Below, in pieces: positions 49,670 through 59,265 of a DNA stretch of 64,000 nt. The notes under the pieces were generated by a model, which saw only the letters and a program-made list of their open reading frames with translations, was not told where the DNA came from and ran no database searches. Source of the DNA: Pseudomonadota bacterium (lineage in GTDB: Bacteria; Pseudomonadota; Alphaproteobacteria; MED-G09); assembly GCA_036344135.1 (NCBI GenBank), contig JAYYUG010000097.1:8034-72033 (forward strand), read 5' to 3'. Every line of letters starts with the position of its first letter. The stretch's first letter is position 1. The translations under genes were made by a program, and so were the position numbers.

Positions 49670-50368
49670 CTACCAGGGGTGAATTTCTCCATTCCATTTA
49701 TAAAAGTTACCCGAATCTTCTTTTGACAAACCTGCTATCACTTTGCGAATCCCAGAAGCACTTTCTTCGGAAGTAATTTCTGCCTGGGGACCGCCCATAT
49801 CGGTCTGTACCCAGCCTGGATGCATGATTGAGACTGTTATTGGTTCTGCCGCCCAATCAAGTGATAGTATTTTCCCGACCTTTCCCACAGCAGCTTTTGT
49901 TGTAGAGTAAATATACATACCCCCCATTGGCCAAGTTGATGCCCCCAACTGACTAGAAAGGATCATTAAATTACCATTACCTGAAGCAACCAAGTTTTGT
50001 TTGAAGGCTCTAGCAACAAGGAGTGGTCCAATAGTATTGGTATCAAAATTTCTATGCCATTCCTCTATGTCAATATTATCAATTGACTGCTGATTCACAG
50101 GATCTCCTCCTACTGCTCCCGCAACAATTATAATGGTATCAATTGCATCATCTCCTATACGACCAGCAGCAGCTTCGATAGAAGAAGGATTAGCTACGTC
50201 TAATTGCTCAATTGTAATATTATCTGAGCCAGATGCCAATTCATCAAGCAGTGATGCTGCGTCAGTGTCCCGAGCACAGGCAATAACATTATTACCCTCA
50301 TCAGCATATTGTTTGGTGAGCTCTAAACCTATTCCTCGTGTTGCACCTACAATCATAACATTAGACAT
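49670..50368 (-). CDS. SDR-family oxidoreductase
   Basis: VGATRGIG cofactor motif. Confidence 0.85.
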   Translation of the reverse strand: MSNVMIVGATRGIGLELTKQYADEGNNVIACARDTDAASLLDELASGSDNITIEQLDVANPSSIEAAAGRIGDDAIDTIIIVAGAVGGDPVNQQSIDNIDIEEWHRNFDTNTIGPLLVARAFKQNLVASGNGNLMILSSQLGASTWPMGGMYIYSTTKAAVGKVGKILSLDWAAEPITVSIMHPGWVQTDMGGPQAEITSEESASGIRKVIAGLSKEDSGNFYKWNGEIHPW

Positions 50369-50524
50369 ATTTTATCTCCCTTCCTAAGTGAAATGTTTTC
50401 AGTTATTTGTTCTCTTGAGGATGTATAAATAACTCGCGTTTTGCAAGCTAAAAGTTTTGAAAATATTTGAATCAGCGCCCACTGCGTTATAGCACAAAAA
50501 GTATAAAATATAATGAATCTATAA

Positions 50525-51319
50525 TTACTGTTCTAATTTTTTGAGAATATTTTGAATTAAATTGATCATTTCTACGCTCCCAAAATCCTCTCCCTTTTCA
50601 AAGTCACCTTCCTTTTGTGCCATTGTATTGGTTAGGTTGGCAAAACAGATAACCTCTTTATCATTTGCTTTTGCGAATGCATATAGTGCTGATGCCTCCA
50701 TTTCTACGCATGTTACATTATTCTTCTTCATAGCATTTATTGCAGATTGTGTTTCTCTATAAGGTGCATCTGTTGTCCAGCTTTTTACCTCCAACCAGAG
50801 ACTGTTATTATTTTTTAATTTATTAAGTAATTTTTGACATAGTTCTGATGGTTCGCCTTTCGGTAAGTAGTGATAACTTGTTCCCTCATCTCTAATTGCT
50901 TGAGTAATCAAAGCAAATCGTTTATCTGGTTTTGACTCCGTGATTATACCAGCAGAAGTGATGCTAATTAAAAGTTCACAACCCGAAACAAAGAGTTGTT
51001 CTGCTATTAACACAGCATACGAAGCTCCTACCGCTCTCGGAATTATCCCTACTGTTAATCCACTAATTTCAAATGTATACAAATATGAGTGGTAGCATGC
51101 CCAATATTTACTTTTTACTGTTTCGTTTTTGTTATTTAGATGATCCAGCAAATTGCCGTCGGGATCCAGAATGCAAATACTGGGTACTTCTCCAAGAGGG
51201 ACTCCATTCTGTCTTCTTGACTCTCGCAAAAGATTTGTAGGTTGAAATACCGAAGGTTCAGCATAGCTCTTATGTCTAAGAATATCCGTTGTAATAAGTT
51301 CTTTATCTGGATTTTCCAA
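50525..51319 (-). CDS. Nucleoside phosphorylase (PNP/UDP family 1)
   Basis: VEMEASALYAFAK resembles the VEMEAAA motif of MTA/PNP-family phosphorylases. Confidence 0.55.
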   Translation of the reverse strand: MENPDKELITTDILRHKSYAEPSVFQPTNLLRESRRQNGVPLGEVPSICILDPDGNLLDHLNNKNETVKSKYWACYHSYLYTFEISGLTVGIIPRAVGASYAVLIAEQLFVSGCELLISITSAGIITESKPDKRFALITQAIRDEGTSYHYLPKGEPSELCQKLLNKLKNNNSLWLEVKSWTTDAPYRETQSAINAMKKNNVTCVEMEASALYAFAKANDKEVICFANLTNTMAQKEGDFEKGEDFGSVEMINLIQNILKKLEQ

Positions 51320-51341
51320 AATATTGCTCCAAATATCTCAA

Positions 51342-52460
51342 TTAATAAAGCACTACTGAACGAATGCTTTCTCCAGCATGCATGAGGTCGAAAGCCTTAT
51401 TGATATCTTCTAATGGCATTGTGTGAGTAATCAAATCATCAATATTTATTTTCTTATCCATATACCAATCAACAATCTTAGGCACATCAGTTCTTCCTCT
51501 TGCGCCACCAAAAGCAGTTCCATTCCAGGAACGCCCAGTAACTAACTGGAAAGGACGAGTAGAAATTTCCTGACCTGCCCCCGCAACTCCAATGATATAG
51601 GATTCACCCCAGCCTTTGTGGCAACACTCAAGAGCTTGGCGCATGACATTAACATTGCCAATACATTCAAAACTATAATCAACGCCGCCAGTCATTTGGA
51701 TAATATAGTCGACAACATTGTCTACTTTTTTGGGATTAATAAAATCTGTCATGCCAAAGTTTTTGCCTATTGCTTCACGTTTGGAATTAATATCAATACC
51801 AATAATTTTGTTGGCACCTGCCAGTTTAGCGCCCTGAATAACATTAAGACCAATACCTCCAAGACCAAACACTGCTACAGAAGAACCAATTTCAACTTTG
51901 GCCTGAAACAGAACAGCCCCCACGCCTGTGGTAACACCACATCCGATATAGCAGATTTTATCAAATGGAGCATCTTTGCGGACTTTGGCTAAAGAGATTT
52001 CAGGTAAAACACTATAGTTAGAAAAAGTGGAACAGCCCATGTAGTGCAGCAAAGGCTTACCATTAAGGGAAAATCGGCTTGTCCCATCAGGCATCACACC
52101 CTGACCTTGGGTAACTCTAACGGCCTGACAAAGATTAGTTTTGGGATTTAGGCAGTAATCACATTCCCGACATTCAGCTGTATAAAGAGGGATAACGTGG
52201 TCACCTGCTTTGAGGCCTTTAACGCCCGAGCCAACTTCAACAACAATTCCTGCTCCTTCATGCCCAAGAATAGCAGGAAATGCACCTTCAGGATCTTCTC
52301 CACTTAGAGTAAAAGAATCTGTATGACAAACGCCTGTTGCTTTTAATTCTACCAAAACTTCACCATTTTTAGGACCGTCTAAATCAACTTCACAGATTTC
52401 TAATGGTTTACCTGCATCAAAGGCTACGGCGGCACGTGTTTTCATTTTCTTTTCCTCCAC
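51342..52460 (-). CDS. frmA: Class III alcohol dehydrogenase / S-(hydroxymethyl)glutathione dehydrogenase
   Basis: 372 aa; [14 protein letters not shown], structural Zn Cys cluster [15 protein letters not shown]; near-canonical class III ADH sequence. Confidence 0.9.
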   Translation of the reverse strand: MEEKKMKTRAAVAFDAGKPLEICEVDLDGPKNGEVLVELKATGVCHTDSFTLSGEDPEGAFPAILGHEGAGIVVEVGSGVKGLKAGDHVIPLYTAECRECDYCLNPKTNLCQAVRVTQGQGVMPDGTSRFSLNGKPLLHYMGCSTFSNYSVLPEISLAKVRKDAPFDKICYIGCGVTTGVGAVLFQAKVEIGSSVAVFGLGGIGLNVIQGAKLAGANKIIGIDINSKREAIGKNFGMTDFINPKKVDNVVDYIIQMTGGVDYSFECIGNVNVMRQALECCHKGWGESYIIGVAGAGQEISTRPFQLVTGRSWNGTAFGGARGRTDVPKIVDWYMDKKINIDDLITHTMPLEDINKAFDLMHAGESIRSVVLY

Positions 52461-52630
52461 TCAATAACACCTTTAAGTAAGGAGTTTTGATATTTGGTTT
52501 GTTATAATTTTATTTAAAAATACAACACTAAAAAATAGTAGGATTATTTTAGTATTTAGTGTTTACGTTTGAAATCAAAAAATAAAAAAATTCTAGTTAA
52601 AGAATATTTCAATTTTAGAACTGAAAATCT

Positions 52631-53575
52631 TTATTTAGATGTTTTAATAAAAGAAAAATTAAAGTCTTGATCTCTTTTAAGAACAATATCCGCAAAACTT
52701 GGCATCTCTTCCAAAATATAACGCGTTAATCTTTCATAGTGCATGACAAACCTCCAAACCTCTTCTTTTGTCATAATCTTTTTCTTTAATTCTGGATCAG
52801 CGAGAGTTTTAGCAAGAGTTTTCTCTTGTATCCACCTACTTTCGTATACATGCTCCATACTTGGGACCTTAATCATTAATAGAATATCGAATCTATTAAA
52901 CAATACCTGGTAGTTTCCACTTAATTCTTTATTGCTCCATTTTGACCAAAAACCTTCTGGGTCTTCCTCCTCCTCCAATTTATTCATTGGTGGTTTCCAA
53001 TTTTCTGTTGAGATTGGTTTAGACCCAACGCACCAGCCATCAAAAAAAATAAAATCAGGTCTCCCCTTATATTTAGCCCAGGTATCCTTTGGTGTATGTC
53101 GATCCAAAGGTTTTGAAAAAGCTGGAATAGATGTCAAAGTAGAAGAATCCGCGTTACATAAGGAATCCAGTGTATCCAAACCTAGTTGTATATCGTGGGT
53201 ACCAGGAACTCCCCTTACTTGGCAAAGTGGGTGGATATTTTTAGCATCCTCCTCTCTTTCTTCTGGTGTTTTGTATATATCATCCAAAGAAAACCCTATT
53301 GTTTTTTTATCAAAACCTAGTTGAAGAACTAATTGTACAAATTCAGATAATGTGGTCTTTCCGGAACCTTGTCCTCCTGTAAAACCTATAAAATGAGGGC
53401 CTTTCTTTCGTTCTAGGGAATTAAAATAAACCGCTAAGGGAATTACAATTTCTTTTAAGAAATACCTTGAGAAATTATCAATTTTTAAGCTGTTTGAAAG
53501 TTTTATGAGAGCTGACTCTGTTTTCTCGAGAATTTCACTACAAACAGGGCTATTTGGATCTGGAAAAGACATCAT
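52631..53575 (-). CDS. P-loop kinase of the plant/cyanobacterial D-glycerate 3-kinase (GLYK/Tda10) type
   Basis: P-loop GGQGSGKTT; SLDDIYKT, VRGVPGTHDI, FFDGWCVGSKP align with GLYK motifs SIDDFYLT, LRGNAGSHDL, LFEGWMLGFKP. Confidence 0.65.
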   Translation of the reverse strand: MMSFPDPNSPVCSEILEKTESALIKLSNSLKIDNFSRYFLKEIVIPLAVYFNSLERKKGPHFIGFTGGQGSGKTTLSEFVQLVLQLGFDKKTIGFSLDDIYKTPEEREEDAKNIHPLCQVRGVPGTHDIQLGLDTLDSLCNADSSTLTSIPAFSKPLDRHTPKDTWAKYKGRPDFIFFDGWCVGSKPISTENWKPPMNKLEEEEDPEGFWSKWSNKELSGNYQVLFNRFDILLMIKVPSMEHVYESRWIQEKTLAKTLADPELKKKIMTKEEVWRFVMHYERLTRYILEEMPSFADIVLKRDQDFNFSFIKTSK

Positions 53576-53590
53576 TACTCCTACTAATGA

Positions 53591-53764
53591 TTATTTCTCA
53601 GCGGCAATCCCTTTCTTCAAGGAACCTAATGCAATTACTGCTAACACAGTTAACAATAACCAAACTGATTTGCTAGGAACAACTAAGACACTAGAAATTA
53701 TTGCTGCTGCCCAAAGAATTGCTTGTGTAGTGATAATGTTCTTCAAAATAATTTTCCTTATCAT
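53591..53764 (-). CDS. Possible small two-TM membrane peptide (57 aa), not in ORF track
   Basis: ATG 53764 to TAA 53591; MIRKIILKNIITTQAILWAAAIISSVLVVPSKSVWLLLTVLAVIALGSLKKGIAAEK; no obvious RBS. Confidence 0.25.
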   Translation of the reverse strand: MIRKIILKNIITTQAILWAAAIISSVLVVPSKSVWLLLTVLAVIALGSLKKGIAAEK

Positions 53765-53986
53765 TAATTATATTTTATTCTAACGAAGCAGTACATATAA
53801 TAAATAGATTGTGCTAAGTAAAGATCAATTTTGATTGTCTAAAAGATAAGAAGAAATATAATACATCAAGAGGAAGTATTTATTTATCTTCTTTTATAAA
53901 TAGTTAATTTATCTTGATTTTGACATAATTATTTTTTATAGAAACTGAAGTATGAATATTTTATTTCTACAGAAGGAGTAAATTAA

Positions 53987-54385
53987 ATGAAGTTAGAAAA
54001 GTTTAAAAACTTTCGATTTAAAGCCCTTTTAGCTGTACTTATATTTTCTTTTTCTTCTGTGAGCTCTTGGGCAGCAATCGTTGATATAGGATATGTTGGC
54101 GAAGATGAAACTGAAATCGAAATAACAAGAGGGTATTCCAAACAACCTACTTTCCCGAGAAAAGCAATCAGACTCGGAAAAGAGGGATATGTAGTGGTCG
54201 AATTTGATATAGACACTGATGGTGCTGTTCTGGACCCCTATGTGGTCGTCGCAGTTCCCCAAGGAGTTTTTGAAAGAGCTGCAATTAAGGCTGTTAGAAA
54301 ATGGGTTTATGAAGCTCCTACTTACAATGGTCAATCAGTTAAAGCCAATAACGTCCAAGTTAAATTAACTTTTTCACTGAATTAA
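53987..54385 (+). CDS. Periplasmic TonB C-terminal-domain protein
   Basis: Signal peptide; PTFPRKAIRLGKEGYVVVEFDIDTDGAV...AAIKAVRKWVYEAP matches TonB_C fold signature. Confidence 0.6.
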   Translation: MKLEKFKNFRFKALLAVLIFSFSSVSSWAAIVDIGYVGEDETEIEITRGYSKQPTFPRKAIRLGKEGYVVVEFDIDTDGAVLDPYVVVAVPQGVFERAAIKAVRKWVYEAPTYNGQSVKANNVQVKLTFSLN

Positions 54386-54426
54386 CTTATGAGATTGTTT
54401 GAATTTACAAACAATCTAAGTTTAGC

Positions 54427-57423
54427 TTGATGTCTATTAGGGCTCAGCTACTCTTATTTGTAGTTATAGGTTACTTATTAATTGCCGTTGTCTTTTTCTT
54501 ATCCACTCAAACTAGAGATTCGATTCAGCAAGATGCTGCTGGTGAGTCCTTGGTTGTTCTTTATGAATCCGCCTGGTATCAGACATACAACAACACCTAT
54601 GATTTAATGGGTCGTTGGTTACCTGGTTACGGCGAAAAAGGAAATATATGGGATCCCGATGACGAAACATTTATAGATGAGGTAGATGCACAGGGAAAAT
54701 ATTTAAACCCAATATTCAATACGATAGAAAACAGATCATTGGGAGATCTTCAGTATCTAATTGAGTTTATCTTCGAAGAAGAGTTAGACGAAGGTGACTT
54801 GAGTTTTGTTATGGCTTATTTTCCCACTGGCGAAAGATTTTACTGTGGAAGCGCCTTAGATTTGCTTGGTATAGATCCTTGTAGCCCAAAAGCGAGACTA
54901 GGGTTTTTCTCATATCTCGACTCCTACATAAAAGATATTTCACAAAGACCTAAACAATCTACTCTCAAGATTCTTGATTCAGAAAACAAGCAGACAACAA
55001 CTCTTAATCAAACTTATTCTTTTCCAATAAAGGTGAACAAAAAAACAATTGCTTTGATAGTTCTAGGGGTTGATGTACGAAAGGCAATTGAGGTTTTTGA
55101 AGATGAGTTTGAAGTAAGAACCGGTATAAAAACTCCTGAGGGTTTAATTTCCTTAGAGGAAGATTATTCATCCGACGATTTGAATATCGAAGCAAGATAC
55201 GGTATAGAAAATTACTCAGAGTTGGTTGCAAAGGCTAACCTTCTTATGGAATCGAAAGGAAGTAGATACAGCGACAAAGATTTTTCTCTTGGTACCTCAA
55301 TTACTCTGTTACCTTTAAGTTCATATCTTTCCTCTGACAAGGCAGAATTATTTATTTTTAAAGATGAGAAGATCTCAATGGCTAGATCTTCTGAGGTTCT
55401 TACGAGAAGCTATATTATTGTAACTTTAATGCTTTTGCTTATTGTCTCTTTAACCTCATTCGTCACTTACCGGACATTCGGAGGTATAACAAGAGCAATT
55501 AAAGTTTTAGAAGGTCTTACAAAAGGTGATCATACTCAACAAATGCCAAAAAGATCAGGTCTGATGGCTTCTGAAAATGATGAAGTAGGTCAACTATCAA
55601 CTGCTCTTCATAGCTATAGAGGTCATTTATTGGAGATGGAGGATATTAGAAAAGAACAAGCCCAAAGAAGAAAAGAAAGAGACAGAGTTATTATTGAGAA
55701 GATGTCTTTTCTAGCTGATCAACTAGAGGGAGACGCACAAAAACTTATTCTTGAGGATGTCGAAAAAATGACAGAACTGGCAAAGAAGGGTGATGATGTG
55801 GACTCCGAAGAGGCATCAGTCGAATTAATGTCTCTAGCATTCTCTCGAATGTCTGATGAAGTAAATGCTTTGATCGCAGCAAGAACAACTGAGATGGAAT
55901 CTTCCAGAGATGAAGCAAGGGACGCTAATGAAGAAAAGACAAGATTTTTCGCAAACATGAGTCATGAACTTAGGACTCCGCTTAACGCTATTTTAGGATA
56001 CGGAGAGATGCTTGCAGAAGATTGTGAAGACCTGGGTTATGATGATCTTTTGCCTGACTTAAAGAAAATTACTTCTGCAGGTAGTCACCTTCTCTCATTA
56101 ATCAACAATATTCTGGATATTTCAAAGATTGAAGCAGGAAGGATGGAGCTCTATTTAACCAGTTTTGAAATAGAATCCATGGTGGAGACAATTAAAGATG
56201 TTACCGGACCTTTAGCCTCTGCTAATGATAATGGTTTTAAAGTCAATTTACAGGACGTTTTAGGATCCATGACTCAAGATGAAACAAAGATTAGACAATG
56301 CTTGACCAACTTCTTGAGTAATGCATTTAAATTCACTTTAAGTGGAACGGTAACTCTTGATGTAGATACTTTCATGCAAGACGAATTAGAAATGATCAGG
56401 TTCGCGGTAACGGATACGGGCGAAGGAATGACAGAAGAAGGTCTCAGTAAAGTATTTAGGGAATATGAGCAAGCTGAAAGATCAACATCTGCTAAACACG
56501 GTGGTACTGGTCTAGGTCTACCTATCACAAAGAAACTCGCAGAAATGATGGGAGGAGATGTAATGGTTACCAGTGAGCTTGGAGCGGGGTCAGTTTTTAC
56601 CCTTTATGTTCCAAGAGTATGTCCACAAGAACACGATGAAGTAGAGGACGCTAATGCAATAAGCAAACTCTCTGATAAGGAGAAAGTAGTTGTCTTAATT
56701 GATGATGATGTCCCAATTCATGATATTATTAGAAGGACTCTATCAAAGATTGGTCTCACTCTTATCGGTGCAACTGATGGTGAAAAAGGCTTACAAATAG
56801 TCAGAGAAATGAAACCCAAGCTTCTTTTATTAGATGTCTTGATGCCTGGTAGGGATGGATGGTCTATCCTTAAAGAGTGCAAGTCTGATCCTGAACTAAG
56901 AGATATGCCAGTAGTTATGGTCAGCCAGCTATCACAGGACGTTCTTTCAGAATCATTAGGTGCGGATGATTATCTTACAAAACCTATCGATAGAGATTTG
57001 TTTCTAGAAACTGTCCAACGACTAATTAAAGATTCTCCGAATGGCGAAAATAAAGTTCTTGTTATTGACGATGATGCTGATGTCAGAGAATTACTTTCTA
57101 GGATGCTTAAGGATGCAGGATGGATTTCAGTAACAGCAAGAGATGGTAAAGAGGGTCTGGAAAAAGTAAAAGACACACCTTCGTTAATAGTTCTTGACCT
57201 TGAGATGCCGCGAATGGATGGATTTGAATTCTTAGATGCCTATATGAAGAACTATAACGAGTTAAACCGTGCACCTATACTGGTTTACTCTGGAAAAGAT
57301 CTTTCCGAAGTTCAAAAAGATATTTTGAATAAGAATGTCGCCGGTATGGTTAGAAAAGATGAGGTTTCAATGGATGAACTCTCAAAAATTGTGAAAAATA
57401 TTTATCAAGAATCTATCTCCTAG
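54427..57423 (+). CDS. Hybrid sensor histidine kinase (periplasmic sensor-TM-HisKA-HATPase_c-REC-REC)
   Basis: Two TM segments flanking a ~300-aa periplasmic domain; H-box FFANMSHELRTPLNAILGY; N/G boxes; two receiver domains (VLIDDD...LLDVLMPGRDG and VLVIDDD...LDLEMPRMDG). Confidence 0.9.
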   Translation: MMSIRAQLLLFVVIGYLLIAVVFFLSTQTRDSIQQDAAGESLVVLYESAWYQTYNNTYDLMGRWLPGYGEKGNIWDPDDETFIDEVDAQGKYLNPIFNTIENRSLGDLQYLIEFIFEEELDEGDLSFVMAYFPTGERFYCGSALDLLGIDPCSPKARLGFFSYLDSYIKDISQRPKQSTLKILDSENKQTTTLNQTYSFPIKVNKKTIALIVLGVDVRKAIEVFEDEFEVRTGIKTPEGLISLEEDYSSDDLNIEARYGIENYSELVAKANLLMESKGSRYSDKDFSLGTSITLLPLSSYLSSDKAELFIFKDEKISMARSSEVLTRSYIIVTLMLLLIVSLTSFVTYRTFGGITRAIKVLEGLTKGDHTQQMPKRSGLMASENDEVGQLSTALHSYRGHLLEMEDIRKEQAQRRKERDRVIIEKMSFLADQLEGDAQKLILEDVEKMTELAKKGDDVDSEEASVELMSLAFSRMSDEVNALIAARTTEMESSRDEARDANEEKTRFFANMSHELRTPLNAILGYGEMLAEDCEDLGYDDLLPDLKKITSAGSHLLSLINNILDISKIEAGRMELYLTSFEIESMVETIKDVTGPLASANDNGFKVNLQDVLGSMTQDETKIRQCLTNFLSNAFKFTLSGTVTLDVDTFMQDELEMIRFAVTDTGEGMTEEGLSKVFREYEQAERSTSAKHGGTGLGLPITKKLAEMMGGDVMVTSELGAGSVFTLYVPRVCPQEHDEVEDANAISKLSDKEKVVVLIDDDVPIHDIIRRTLSKIGLTLIGATDGEKGLQIVREMKPKLLLLDVLMPGRDGWSILKECKSDPELRDMPVVMVSQLSQDVLSESLGADDYLTKPIDRDLFLETVQRLIKDSPNGENKVLVIDDDADVRELLSRMLKDAGWISVTARDGKEGLEKVKDTPSLIVLDLEMPRMDGFEFLDAYMKNYNELNRAPILVYSGKDLSEVQKDILNKNVAGMVRKDEVSMDELSKIVKNIYQESIS

Positions 57424-57782
57424 CTTATTAAGCTTTCGATTTTTTCGAGAAGTCTTTTAAAATCTATAGGTTTTGTATCAAAATCATCTGCTCCGCACGC
57501 CAAAGCCTTTACTCTATCGGACTCTAAAGCGTGTGCTGTCAAAGCTATAATTGGTATCTCTTTAATTTCATCATCTGCCTTTGCAGTTGTTGTGGCCTCC
57601 CAACCGTCCATGACCGGTAATCCCATATCCATTAGCACTAGATCAGGTTTCTCAGATTTCATCATCTCAATTCCTTCTTTTCCGTCAAGGGCAAGGAAAA
57701 CCTCATAATTTCTTCTTTGAAGCCTTCTTGATAACATATCTCTATTCATTTCGTTGTCCTCAACATATAATATCTTTGCCAT
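57420..57782 (-). CDS. Single-domain response regulator (CheY-like REC)
   Basis: ILYVEDNEMNRDML...DLVLMDMGLPVMDG...ALTA...K. Confidence 0.9.
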   Translation of the reverse strand: MAKILYVEDNEMNRDMLSRRLQRRNYEVFLALDGKEGIEMMKSEKPDLVLMDMGLPVMDGWEATTTAKADDEIKEIPIIALTAHALESDRVKALACGADDFDTKPIDFKRLLEKIESLIS

Positions 57783-57795
57783 CTTATTTCCTTTT

Positions 57796-59265
57796 TTAAT
57801 TATTCAAAATAAACTTATCTCTTCCTGTCTTTTTCGCTTCATAAAGCCTCTTGTCTGCCTTATTAACTACATCAGAGATATTTCCAGATTCAGATGTTAA
57901 CGCTATTCCTCCACTCGCAGTGATAGTAATTGATTGACCTTCGTAATCAACTTTAACAGCATGAATACTAGATCTCAATTTATCGCAAAATTCAGAAATA
58001 TTTTTACCATCCTCATTAAAGATTACCGCTAAAAACTCTTCACCGCCGATTCTACCAACAATGTTAGGTTCAGAAATAAAGCTGTCTAAGGTATTAGCTA
58101 GAGCCTTCAAAACCTCATCACCTCCAGAATGACCATAAGTATCATTGACTGTCTTAAAGAAATCTATGTCAATCATAATAACTGTAAAATCTTTACGCTT
58201 TCCATCTTGTAGTTCTGAATATGCGTCTTCAAGAGTTTCGAAAATAACTCTTCTATTATGAATCCCTGTTAGTTGATCGGTGGTGGCTTGGATATGAAGC
58301 GTATTAACAAGCTCCTTTTCCCTTTCTCGAAAGAACTTTCTTTCCAAGGAAGATATAACTTTGGCTAATAATATAGTACCGTTAAGAGGTTTGGGAAGAT
58401 AATCTTGAGCTCCCAATTGTATGCATTTAGCAATTCCATCTACATCATTAAATGCAGAAACCATAATTATTGGGAGATTTTCGCTTCTGTTGTCCTTTCT
58501 AAATCTCTTAAGTAACTCCAATCCATTAATGTCGGGCAGTATTACATCTAGAAGAATTAGATCAGGTAGTTTTTTATTAACCTCCTCAATAGCACTATTT
58601 CCATCATAAGCTATTCTGCAATTCAAGCCCTGCAATTCAAGCCTTCTTTTAAGAACCTCACAATTAGTAACATTATCATCAACTATTAAAATATCTGCAC
58701 CCTGCAAGCTTTCATCTAAGTCGAGAGAAAAATCTATATCACCCAGAGATTTAAACAAAGATTCAGCAGTTTCTAATTGTGAAGAACCTTCATCATTTGT
58801 TTTTGAAGGCTCTCCTCGGATATAATCAACAAAAGTCTCTATGGCTTTCTCAGTCTCTCTGGAAAGATTTATTATCTTGTGGAAATCCAATAAGGCCTCC
58901 TTCGACAAATCGTCCTCTAAATCTTCTATTAGAATTTCGCTATAACCAATAATGGCATTTAGAGGGGTTCTTAGATTATGCCTTAACTCTGAATACTCCT
59001 CCGGTTTTCTTTCTTCTGTGGTAGCATTTGACCCGGTATTTTCTTCGAAAGCTTCCTCATATTGTTCAATAAGTTTAATACAACCTGATTTAATCTGATC
59101 TATCTCATCCCCAGCAGCAATATTGGCCTCGTTGATACTTTTTTCAATCATCTCTAGATAATCAGAGATTGCACCTACAGGAGTAGTGAATTCTTGTTTA
59201 ATCTGAGCTAAAATAATATCTCTAGCCCCTTTGGGAGCTTTATTTCCTGTGACCTTACTCATCAT
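57796..59265 (-). CDS. HisKA-like (x2, no ATPase) - REC - GGDEF diguanylate cyclase
   Basis: N-terminal H-box-like segments (QEFTTPVGAISDY lacking His; ELRHNLRTPLNAIIGY with His); REC ILIVDDN...LLDVILPDINGLE; GGDEF with GGEEF active site and RxxD I-site-like region. Confidence 0.85.
   Translation of the reverse strand: MMSKVTGNKAPKGARDIILAQIKQEFTTPVGAISDYLEMIEKSINEANIAAGDEIDQIKSGCIKLIEQYEEAFEENTGSNATTEERKPEEYSELRHNLRTPLNAIIGYSEILIEDLEDDLSKEALLDFHKIINLSRETEKAIETFVDYIRGEPSKTNDEGSSQLETAESLFKSLGDIDFSLDLDESLQGADILIVDDNVTNCEVLKRRLELQGLNCRIAYDGNSAIEEVNKKLPDLILLDVILPDINGLELLKRFRKDNRSENLPIIMVSAFNDVDGIAKCIQLGAQDYLPKPLNGTILLAKVISSLERKFFREREKELVNTLHIQATTDQLTGIHNRRVIFETLEDAYSELQDGKRKDFTVIMIDIDFFKTVNDTYGHSGGDEVLKALANTLDSFISEPNIVGRIGGEEFLAVIFNEDGKNISEFCDKLRSSIHAVKVDYEGQSITITASGGIALTSESGNISDVVNKADKRLYEAKKTGRDKFILNN

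Noticed and set aside
53505-53783. 92-aa plus-strand ORF overlapping the start of the glycerate-kinase gene
   Set aside because: Overlaps a well-supported minus-strand gene start. The minus-strand 57-aa hydrophobic ORF (53591..53764) is a better, though still weak, candidate.
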